DNA of 64,000 nucleotides. Source: Phallusia mammillata. Its lineage: Eukaryota. Of the stretch, positions 25,001 to 35,550 are shown piece after piece (position 1 is the stretch's first letter; every line of letters begins with the position of its first letter). The notes under the pieces are model-generated. The model saw only the letters and a program-made list of their open reading frames with translations, was not told the origin of the DNA and made no database searches. Location of the stretch: positions 5,952,001 to 6,016,000 of the forward strand of contig OZ281500.1 of NCBI GenBank assembly GCA_965637545.1. Direction: 5' to 3'. Position numbers and translations under genes: made by a program.

Positions 25001-28000
25001 TTAAAAGTATTATTGATTCTCCAAAAGACTAGCAAACATTCAGTCATTTGTTTTTGTCACCCACTCAATAGTTTCTGCTTGATGTATAAAATCTTCTGCT
25101 GTGTATTGTGTGGTAATTTGTAAACATTTTGGAGGCTCCCTGCAATGTTGTGCAATGCGACATGCAGTACTAAACAGGCTCCCATGCCTGCTGTACATGA
25201 ACTAAGCGGAAAACATATTTAAGGGGGATTTCAGAAAGGACTTTGGTGCAAGGAAAGCAAACCTTGTGAATATACTTTTTCCAAACACTAAATATCATGA
25301 CATGAAATGATATATTACCTCCAGTATTGCTGATCCTTTGGTTTGTACGAGGGGACAAGAAATGGCACTGAGATTAAGAACATCGAGTAGGGTGTACTGG
25401 TCAAGGCCAGCTTTTTCTGCAAGTGACAATCCTTCAGCCAGGGATGCCATGAATGTGCCAGTTAGCATGTTGACAATCAGTTTGGTGTTTGCCCCACATC
25501 CAAGTTCCCCTGTGCAAATAAAGATTTTAAAGCTTTTATTTGATCAAAAAAATGGGAAGTTTTTCAGTTCAATGTCATATAACAAGTTACTGATAATGAC
25601 AGTTACATAAAATTTGATCGCTTTCCCAAAAAGACAGTTAATTTTAGGGATGGGCCAAGCCGAGCCAGAACCAAAAAATTGAGTACCGAGCACCCCAATT
25701 TTTAATGCTCGGTGCTGAGCAGTCACATGAACTAAGCCGAGCGTTAGACAAAGAATAATGTCAACCTTGAAAGAAGTTTTTGAAACAAAAATATGCTTTG
25801 AACCATCCCACCCATGCGCAACCTATGTGCCAGTGAGAATTGTTGAAACAAAACATGCATTTTTAAGTAGTTGATGTTGTTACACAAAAACATAGGTGTT
25901 TCACTTAGCGTTGGCTTGCCTCACCTGTCATACAGAAGCGATTTTTGAAGTTTAGGTATGACCCTGGTGTCCAAATAAGGGACTTAAAAAAAATACAGTG
26001 TAATTGGGTATGTTTGTGACGTCACAATACACCAAGCACCGATCATTAACAAGTCATGCTCGGTGCTCGACCAAACAGAACACTTGCTGTTTTGGTCCAT
26101 CCCTAGTTATTTTAACAGGCAAAGACCTATTTTTTGGTGTTTTCTGGAAAACCTTTCTGGAAACTTTTTTTTTGTAAAACCACATTTCTGTTCTCAAAAA
26201 ATATTTATAGAATAAACACTGATGTTAAGTAAGTTTGAATTAAAGTTAAAAAATAGTCCTAACCTTTTTTAACCATCAAGCATTTATGTATCAAAACTAG
26301 TAATAACAATGAATGTGTTCCAGTATATTAATGTTACATAAATGCTGGAACTACAGGTTTTACTCTTTGAAACTAAAAATTGCCAATCGCAGATTGAAAA
26401 AGGCTGAGTTTGAGCTTTTGCACATCATTATACAACGTACAATATTGGACTTCGATGGCAGACTTGAGGTTTTTCCTCAGACATGGACTTGTGGTTTTGG
26501 CAAACAGGCCTGGTTTTATTTAGTTAAGTTAATGTTTTGACTAATCTGCTGTGAATTATTTAAATGACAAAAGTATAAAATTGAAATATTTTTATTTATT
26601 GCTTGATTTGGGGTTAACTGATGCAAAATGGAAAAATCTTGATTTTGTGGTTAAAAGTTTAAAACAGATGAAATATCCAGATTGTAGTTGAACACCAAAC
26701 ATATCTTTAATGTTGATACAAAAAAAAAACATTTAAAGAAAAAGGAAAAGTGATAAGAATCACACATTTTTTTTGCTTTGTGGCTGATTGTAGGGGGCAT
26801 TAAAATGTTTCAACTAGAAGGGTGGCTTAGCACATACACTATGATCTATTTTAAAACATAAATATATTTCCTATGTTTGTTTTGTATTGGGTCCCATATT
26901 AGCCATCGTCTTTTATAACCTTGGTTGTTTCTGCAAGCAACAACTCATGGGTCCCCACACATGCAAAGTTGTAGATAATGCATTTCAATAGGTAACAATG
27001 AGTAAGTTTGGTATTGTGAAGACAAACACAGTGATTGGTACTGTGCATATCTAAATATGCTATATGGAGTAAAAACTATTTAAATTGAAAAACTCATTTT
27101 AGGGGGCTAGCATCAAACATTTGATCGAAAAACGAGTCGGACAAACTTCGGGGTAAAATACCCCTTTTAGGGGGCTAGCGGGGTAAATACTGGGGTTATC
27201 AACAAAAACAAAGTGGGATGCACATGTACATAACTACATCTACCATCTGTATAAGTTTCAGCCACATCCATCAAGCATTTGATGGCAAAACAAGTCAGAC
27301 AAACTTCGGGGAAAAAAAAACATTTTAGGGGGCTAGCGGGGTAAATACTGGGGTTATCAACAAAAACGAAGTGGGATGCACATGTACATAACTACATCTA
27401 CCATCTGTATAAGTTTCAGCCACATCCATTAAGCATTTGATGGCAAAACAAGTCAGACAAACTTCGGGGAAAAAAAAACATTTTAGGGGGCTAGTGGGGT
27501 AAATACTGGGGTTATCAACAAAAACAAAGTGGGATGCACATCTACATAACTACATCTACCATCTGTGTAAATTTCCGCCAAATCCATTAAACATTTGATA
27601 GAAAAATGAGTCGGACAAACTTCGGGGAAAAAAAACATTTTAGGGGGCTAGCGGGGTAAATACTGGGGTTATCAACAAAAACCAAGTGGGATACACATCT
27701 ACATAACTATGAGTCGGACAAACTTCAGGGAAAAAAACATTTTAGGGGGCTAGCGGGGTAAATAATGGGGTTATCAACAAAAACCAAGTGGGATGCACAT
27801 CTACATAACTACATCTACTATCTGTGTAAATTTCAGCCAAATCCATCAAGGATTTGATGGAAAAACGAGTCGGACAAACTTTGGGGAGAAGAAAAAAAAC
27901 ACAAACATTTCGAGTAAAATCAATATGTGTCCCCTTCAGGGAAGGGGACCCATAATTATTTCAATATTGCAATTTTCCAGTTGCGATACAAAGGCTTTTT

Positions 28001-31000
28001 TCACCGATTTACTTGTTGAACTACTGCTTATCCCCTTAACAACAATTTTACAAATGGCTAAGCAAAAAAGATTAGAGTTTTTTGTTTTTAAAACCATACC
28101 TAGAAAGAAGGTCTTCTTTCCCATTGCTTCAAAGCACGAATATCCGTCCATGTACAGGGAGCGGTCTCCAGCAGCTAAAATCACGAGTTGTCCTGTCTCT
28201 GCTGCTTTTTTGCTTCCAGATACAGGAGCTTCGAGAAAACGACCTCCTCGCATGGAAATAGCCTTCAAAAGCACAATTTTTTAATGAGATATCAAAACTA
28301 TCAGTATCCCAAAACTGTTTGTCAAAAAGAAGATTGGTCAGAAACCTTAAAACTTAACATGAAAGTCATTTACAGCTTAAAGGTTTTCACAGGAATTGGT
28401 TTGATTCTGCTAAAAAAGGGATTTTAAACATACAGAAATGACACAGACAGAGCCAAATGCATTTTTAGTGATTTTAATTTAGACAAAGTAAATTTAAAAA
28501 AATTATCCAAAACAACAAATCACCAGAATAATTTCTGTGTGACTTTGTCAAACAATACCTCTGAAATTTCTTTTATAGTGTCATTGTCGACAGTGGACAT
28601 CTCCACATAACCTTTCCCTGATGTTATACCTTGCAAAACTCCACTGTTGCCTATCACCAACTAAAATACAAACAGGACCAAGAAAATTATTTTTTCTAAA
28701 ATGCACCAGCAATATTTTTTACCTTGTCCAAACTTGGCATAAGTTTAACATTTTTATTTTTTTAAATGGTTGAAGAGTTTAATGTGAAAACTGTACAATT
28801 TAAAAATTTTCACTGTAAAAAACAAAATTGTTTTTTGAATACAATATTTGGTCTTTAATTGGTTGACTCTGCTAAGGTACATTTTACAAAAAAGATCATG
28901 TTACAAATTTAACAAACTTACATCTCGGACAGCAGTTGAATCGGAAACACATGAAAATGTGATGTCACATTGTTGTACTACATCAGCTGGGGATGTCCCT
29001 TCTTTTGCACCAGCAGATAAAAGTTGCTTGCACCTAAATATAAAAAAGGTTTAAAATTGTTGAATATGTATTTTTATTTTCACAGCTTTGTAAAGCATAA
29101 ACACATGGGTCTCCAAGAACACATAATTGCTGATTTTGACAAGATGGTTATATCAAATGCCGATAAAATAAATGTCATTTATTTCTTACAAATAGCATTT
29201 TTTTTAAATGTTTGGAAAGTCAACCTTTTGCTAAAATGGAGTGCACAACGATTATCACCATTCAATGTATTTTTAAAATGTAAAAACGCAAAATGAATAT
29301 AACAAAAAAATAAATTTATTTTGTGTGTTTTGTTTAAGTGATGACCATATTTGAGGATTAAAAGTTCTGTGTTTGCTACAACTGCATAATTTTTTTTTGA
29401 AATTTTTTTACAAAAGAACAAAAACAAAATGTGTAAGTTTTCACACAGCAGATAAATTTTGCCATATAAATCATCGCTTTCAACTAAAAAAAGTTGTGTG
29501 CAAACTTTTGCATGATTTGAAAGCATTTTTTTATTCTATAACTTAATATGTTACTTGTTTTGGTTTCTGTTCCACACAGTAACATCATGTCCACTCTTGA
29601 TCAAATTCATTGCCATCGGAATCCCCATGATTCCAAGACCCAAGAATCCAATTCTAACAAAAATAAGTATTTTTTTTATAAACACTGCTATATTTCCACA
29701 GTCAGCAACCATGTACCAACAGGTGATTTTGAGGTAAAGTTTCATGACATGACAATTTACCATACTTTTTAAAATAATTCAAAATAATACATTGCTGGTT
29801 TTCAGTAACTTGTTATGATGTAGGTTATAAAAACCAGGCTACACACATGATTCTGCCTCCATTCTCATCGATTTTAAATCTACTGACACCAAACTGTTAG
29901 CATGCCATGTCATTATCATTTAAAATTTTCAATAAATTTGCCTTTCGTTGCCTACCCCTGTTTTGAAAATATCGCCACGAAGTAACTATTTTAATGCAAA
30001 TTTTGCAAGCAATTTTTAGGAATATTTGTTTTTCATTATTATTTACTTCATCACTTCACCATGTTTTCACAAATTAACTGGTGACAAAAAAAAGAAAAAA
30101 AGAAATTTGCAAAACAAGGCACCACAGAAAAAAAGATTACTATTTACTTCTTATCTGTGGGGATGACGTCTTTTGCAACAATACTTGTGGTGCTGTCGGC
30201 ATCCGCTGTCGTATCAGGTGAAACACATGGTTCGGTTAAGTTGAGGTTGTCTACTGAAGATACATGGACCTGCAAATAGGTGTGGCGAAATAAGACAAGG
30301 TGAAAATTAAAAACAAGGTGAAACAAACATTTAATACTACATGTATGCACACCTCATGCAAAAGTGTTAAGCAGAAAAGAAATGTCAAGCTTACAAAATT
30401 GTTAGTATTATTGCATCAATCACATTTTTTCACAAATATTTTTTATTGTTTTGAAATCAGGAAAAAATACAAACAATTTTTTTGAGAAAAATTAAAAATT
30501 TAGAGATGGTTTTTATTAACCACAAAAATGGCACTTGCCAGTTTTACTATTTATAATGCCCCAAAAAACCCTTTAGCAAACTCAAATACTATTTGGAGCA
30601 TCAATGGCATAAGGTTGACACTTCAAAATTGAAATTGAGACTAAAACTAAAGACAGTATTTATTGAAAGTAGTATCAGTTCAATGATAATGTTTTTAAAA
30701 AATTAGTTGCTCACGCTGACAGCTTATTAGTTCAGATTTAAAAGTGTTCAATTGCAATTATCATATGGATGTTAAACTACGAAAGCAATTGTCAGGTGCC
30801 AATCTTAATGCTGTAAGGCAAGCTACGTTTAAACTATATAAGATTTTGTTGGAACAATTTTTGGTTGCATATTTTCATGGTAATACTTGTTGCAAAAGCG
30901 TAGCACGGACACACATGAACATGCAAGCCACACACTTGCATTACGGTCAGTTGATGGGGAAATTAGTTACTCACTGGGTTAGCAGATGGAGGGATTGCAT

Positions 31001-34000
31001 TCTGTCTTTGTGTGAGCAGATAATGCGACATGTTCTGATGCTTGAGAGTTAGCTGTCAGACGTGGGCAAGAGGTAAATATTCAAAGTTGGATTTCACTTA
31101 TAATGGACAAGGCATATTAACATGTGTCTTTTAGCAAAGATCTACGTTTTATGAGCAACGGGATAGGAATTGCAATGGTGATAGTTAGGATGATGCAAGA
31201 TGTTTAGTAAAATTGTACAAATGCATAAATGAAAAAGTGGTCAATTCTACTACATTACAGGTGCACTTACCTCTTCTCTGGTTGGAAGACTTTTCTTGGC
31301 AGATTTTCTACGTTTCTTTGGTGGTGTGCCAGATGCAGTCTAAAAGTAAAGACGATTTTACTTTATTTACCAAAAAAAAACTACTTTAGAAGACAAAAAG
31401 TTGGGTTTGGCATTGCCTAACATATTCTGCACATTACATGATATGGTAAAAAGTCAAGAGTCCACTAGTAAAAATCACTTTTCTCACAAAAAGTAACATC
31501 AACAGAAAGACCCTTGTAAATTTTACACAACTTACAGCTGAAGATGATTTTTCGTGCTTAGCTTTCTTAGCAAGAGGTTGGTCATCACTTCCCTCTGACT
31601 CTTCCTCAGATTCCTCATCACTTGTGTCAGGGAGTCCTAAAAAATAAATTGATTTAATGCATCACATTACGGTAGAACTGTAAAAAACATTCCCACACAT
31701 GCAGGGGCGTATCCAGAAATTTTTAAAAGGGGGGTGCAACAATTTTTTTGGGGGAAATCCCTAATGACGTCATTATGATGTCACACGTTGTTCAAAACGG
31801 CGCGTTATGCGGCAAAGCACTTTTTCCAAAATTGGCGGTTTCTCTATCTAATTGACAGGAAGAACAGGTAAATTTAGCGAAAGCTTTGTAGTTTTCTGAT
31901 TTCGCCGCTGCTATCTAGCTTACACAGCCAAACTGCAGCTGCAAAATAAGCGTGACTGTCAGGTAATCAAAATCGTTGCTTAAAAAAACAGGGTCCAATT
32001 TCTAAAGAACTAAATCTCTTGCTGAAACGGTAACCCTACTGTTAAGTTGCGCAAAGTCACGAATGCACTAAAGGTGGTAACTGCAGAAGGCATAAATTGT
32101 GCCTGGCAAGTAACAAATTACCCTAATAACATAACTCGATTTACATCAATCTAATGTTTTTGACAAACTATTACGTGTTTGGCGGATCAAAGCAACACAA
32201 CATTACACGTTTTTAACACTTTTACATTGTTCAAATGCAAAAACAGTTTGATATGTTGCACTTAGTGCAGTTACCACTAAGCAAGAAACTGCTACCAGCG
32301 TCCTAGCCGGAACGTAACTTTCCCATTGTTAGCGCATAAACCTCCTTAAAAACCTCCAGATAACAAGCGAATACAAGAGATTGAAGGCTCGCATCTTTGA
32401 GATAACGACTCCCTGTTATCACGCAGTGGTAAACGGAACGATTTTGGCCTATTTAATGTACGAAATGCAGTGGTTCTCAACTGGTGGCACCCTTGCCACT
32501 AGTGGTACACCACAGCTTTTAAGGTGGTAAGCGAGTAGCTTTCTGCTGCAACTAACTCAAGATCATGAAATGCAATACAACTGACCCAACTGAGAACCAC
32601 TGGTCTACATAAACGCTTCAGGACTGATCCTTATTAAATGCATACATGCAATAATTAATTTATTGCATTTACAAACATACTGAAGTGGCCATTTCGATTT
32701 TTGTATACAATTTTTGCTCATAAAGGCATGTTTGTCACAGTTGGTACAGCCTGATTATGTCCACTGAAAAATATGTGGGTTTGCATATGTACAATGGAAT
32801 GAGATTTGCTTTTTACCACATGGTATCATGCATGATTGTGCGTTATTTAGCGCTATCCCTTTTAAAGTAACAAGCAGTGAGGGTCACTGGTACAACCTTG
32901 TATACAAGATGTCATCTGTGTCCTAGGTGTTCGAACTACTTGCAAGAAGAGATAAAATGTATGAAAGCTCTTGCAAAACTAACAGGATAATCATTGGGTT
33001 GATGGTAAAACCAAACAGATAACATATATATATACATGTAACCGGGTATATTCAGCCAAATCTAGTTATTTGCACAATCTGTTTAATAGGAAGTGTAAAT
33101 CCCAACAGTAACCATTTGTCTGAAAATTTTTTTATTGCATAAAAAGTTGTTTAATAGGTTATGCAATTAACTGGATTCATTTGTATGTGTGAAAGAAAGC
33201 CTACATGTAGGACAGGAATCGAAAATTACCTTTGGCTCTTCTCTCCACTGCATGGTCAATCTGTCGCACAGCTTCAAGAAAACCTTTTGCTTTGCCGATG
33301 GCATACTTCTGCTTTTGCTCCGCATAATCATGTACAAGATCAGCCTTTGTCCAAGCACTAAAATTATAATTTCAATACTTTACCTTGGCTAAAAATGTGT
33401 AAAAAATCTAGAAACTAGTCAGAATTTGAACCTTGTACATTAAAAGGTTTACAAGTCAATTTCATCATGTTGCAATAACAAATCTCGCAAAAAAAATCTC
33501 AAAAAAAAATCTCTAAAAAGGGGCAGTGGTACTAAATACTGCATGTGGCCGCATGTTATCACACGACAGGAAGTTGCAAAGGACTTGCTTTTACAAAAAT
33601 ATAATTTTGCGGACTTTTAAAAGCGCTAACGGTTAGAGCTCTCCGGGTTGGGTGAGGGTTTGTAAATAAAAGTACACTAGAATCTGGTTTATTTCACCCT
33701 TGCTGGGCTTGTATTACCACATTCCACATACAATGCAGTATTTTAAGCAGAATAACATGTAGTATTTAGTACCGCTTATTTGTAAAAAACAACACATTTT
33801 TATGAGCTAAATGAAAAAGCAACACGTTTGTATGTAGCATATTTAGCTTTGTGAGAATGTCAGCGAGGCAAAAAAAAAGAAAATTTGATCAAAACGTTCT
33901 TACTAATCGCCTGTTCCATAGAAGCGAATGAAAAACATCTCCACCTTCTTGCTTGGTTTTTTAACATCCTTGTCCGGTTCCGCTACCTGTAAATGATTAG

Positions 34001-34270
34001 ATTGGTCAATTTAAAAAAAAGTGATTTAGGAATAATGCATACGTTACACACCTTTCCTGGCCAGTATGGATATCCCGTCATTTTTGCCCTGTCAATAAAA
34101 AAATATTTAACACCACAAAATGATAATTGTTGTTTAGAATTGAATCATGAAATGTAAAGTTATTAGGTGATTATTAAATGCTAGGCCAAATATAACAAAA
34201 AACAACCAAATAAGAAAAAAGTTTTATAGTAAAATTACCACACAAAGTCTCCCACTTGAAAATTCGCCAT
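22088..34270 (-). CDS. GLYR1: GLYR1/NPAC/NP60: PWWP domain + beta-hydroxyacid (glyoxylate/succinic semialdehyde reductase-like) dehydrogenase, about 475 aa
   Basis: 14 exons: 34270-34239, 34088-34052, 33926-33844, 33357-33230, 31636-31536, 31339-31271, 30269-30148, 29653-29555, 29033-28922, 28660-28559, 28262-28100, 25509-25319, 24358-24245, 22162-22088 (1428 nt, in frame). PWWP: [18 protein letters not shown]...[13 protein letters not shown]. Rossmann fold: [10 protein letters not shown]...VTVWNR. Also [45 protein letters not shown], ending [11 protein letters not shown]. Confidence 0.95.
25645..26105. mobile_element. hAT-type MITE, 461 bp, in a GLYR1 intron
   Basis: TIRs TAGGGATGGGCCAA / TTGGTCCATCCCTA. 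Flanks GTTAATTT / GTTATTTT form an 8-bp TSD with 1 mismatch. Repeated subterminal CCGAGC/GCTCGG motifs. Confidence 0.8.
26812..27956 (+). mobile_element. Non-autonomous Helentron/HINE-like element carrying an internal tandem array
   Basis: Begins AACTAGA. Short subterminal inverted motif CACATA (about 26831) / TATGTG (about 27924). 3' GC-rich hairpin GTCCCCTTC-AGG-GAAGGGGAC (27929-27949) followed by CCATAAT. No TSD seen. The class assignment is inferred from this architecture. Confidence 0.55.
27097..27900. repeat. Tandem array, 158-bp unit, about 5 copies
   Basis: The GACAAACTT anchor occurs at 27140, 27298, 27456, 27614, 27717 and 27873 (periods 158, 158, 158, 103, 156). Units share TTTTAGGGGGCTAGCGGGGTAAATACTGGGGTTATCAACAAAAAC. 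Confidence 0.95.
32468..32602. mobile_element. Small Charlie-like MITE, 135 bp
   Basis: 12-bp perfect TIR CAGTGGTTCTCA / TGAGAACCACTG. No TSD found. Confidence 0.6.
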
Positions 34271-35550
34271 GACAATAGTTCAGCTTTTTAATACTGTACA
34301 GTTTGTATCTGAAAAATAGGTTTGCAAATAGCAATTACACATCATAAAAACAAAGTTAAAGCTTTTTTGTTGCAAGTTATATAGCTTAATTGTCTGTCTG
34401 GCTACTTTTCACATTCTGATTCCTTTATAGGTGGTGATGCCATAATAGAACGACTTCAATTTTGCAAAAAAGGAATAATTTTAATATATTTTACCGATAA
34501 AAACCTTGCAACATGGAAAAGCACGTTTTTGCAGAACTTTGTTCATTAAATAAGTCCAATTCTCGCGCCAGACAACCAAACTCGTTGCTGACATCTAACA
34601 GTGGAAATTATTTGCAATGAGCGCCGTTTAATGACAGCATAGCTTCATGTTAACTTTGTGTTGATTGCTCAAGTATACTTTGCAAGTAAAAGCGCCCTAT
34701 GTTGATATATTTTGCCCAAATGTTTTATATTTACATAATTTATTTAAAAGGTCAATGTTTACTATGTTTGGTGAAGCACCGATTATTGTTTTCAAAAAAG
34801 CAGTAGCAAAAAATTTGGATCAATGGCAGTATGCTGATTTATTATTTCGAATAACTTGAAAAGGGCTCTAGTTTTAATGCAAATACCATTTTTGGATAAT
34901 TTACTACGGTACGGATGCTAAACAGAACCGATGGTTGTGGTTAATGATTCAAATTCGGCCAGGTCACGTGATAATAAAAAAGCTGCTCATGCGAATCTAA
35001 AAAGGCTGCATGTTGTGGGTTTGAGACTAATCTGTGGAGTAGAGAATCATTGAGTTTGGGTTGCGTAAAAGTTGACGAATGTGGGCTTGCGTTTTCCTAC
35101 GCGGGAAAAGATGTATTTCACTAAATGTGCACCCAAAGCGTCAAAACGGCCAGAAAAAGTTGCTACAAGATCGACAAAACACAACACAGCTGTATTGCCT
35201 TCAGCACTATACTGTATTTCTATGACAAATCAACATGCATTTTTGCAAAAACGTTGTTTGTTTCTTTAACATATACCCGAATGACTTCAGACTGTAGTTA
35301 TAATGCTGTTTATTAATTTAAGGAAATGACAGGGCATTTATGTTTGATATTTATTTTTTTGTCTGGGTGTTTAGGTTGTTTTCCACTGCTAATTTTTGTT
35401 TCCCAAATTAATTGCACAATGGCATTCTCGGAAAGTGGAGATTGACCTGTACATTGGAATTCTATGATTCATTAAAGTTGACCTTTCCTTGCTAACAACA
35501 CTGTACACCAAAGGATAAAAACTTCATTGTTCGGACCAGGAAAATGGAAT
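34271..35550. promoter_or_regulatory. Putative bidirectional promoter region between divergent GLYR1 and JADE
   Basis: 1.28 kb separates the head-to-head start codons. Locally CpG-richer stretches occur at about 34560-34640 and 34900-35150. TSSs were not identified. Confidence 0.5.

Noticed and set aside
27097-27900. Repeat array as a possible CRISPR
   Set aside because: Whole 158-bp units repeat with no unique spacers, the context is a eukaryotic intron, and there are no cas genes.
27793-28284. 163-aa plus-strand ORF
   Set aside because: It starts in the satellite and runs antisense to a GLYR1 exon, with no recognisable product.
31703-31760. CAGGGGCGTATCCAG element-like terminus
   Set aside because: No matching opposite terminus or TSD found, so I cannot delimit an element.
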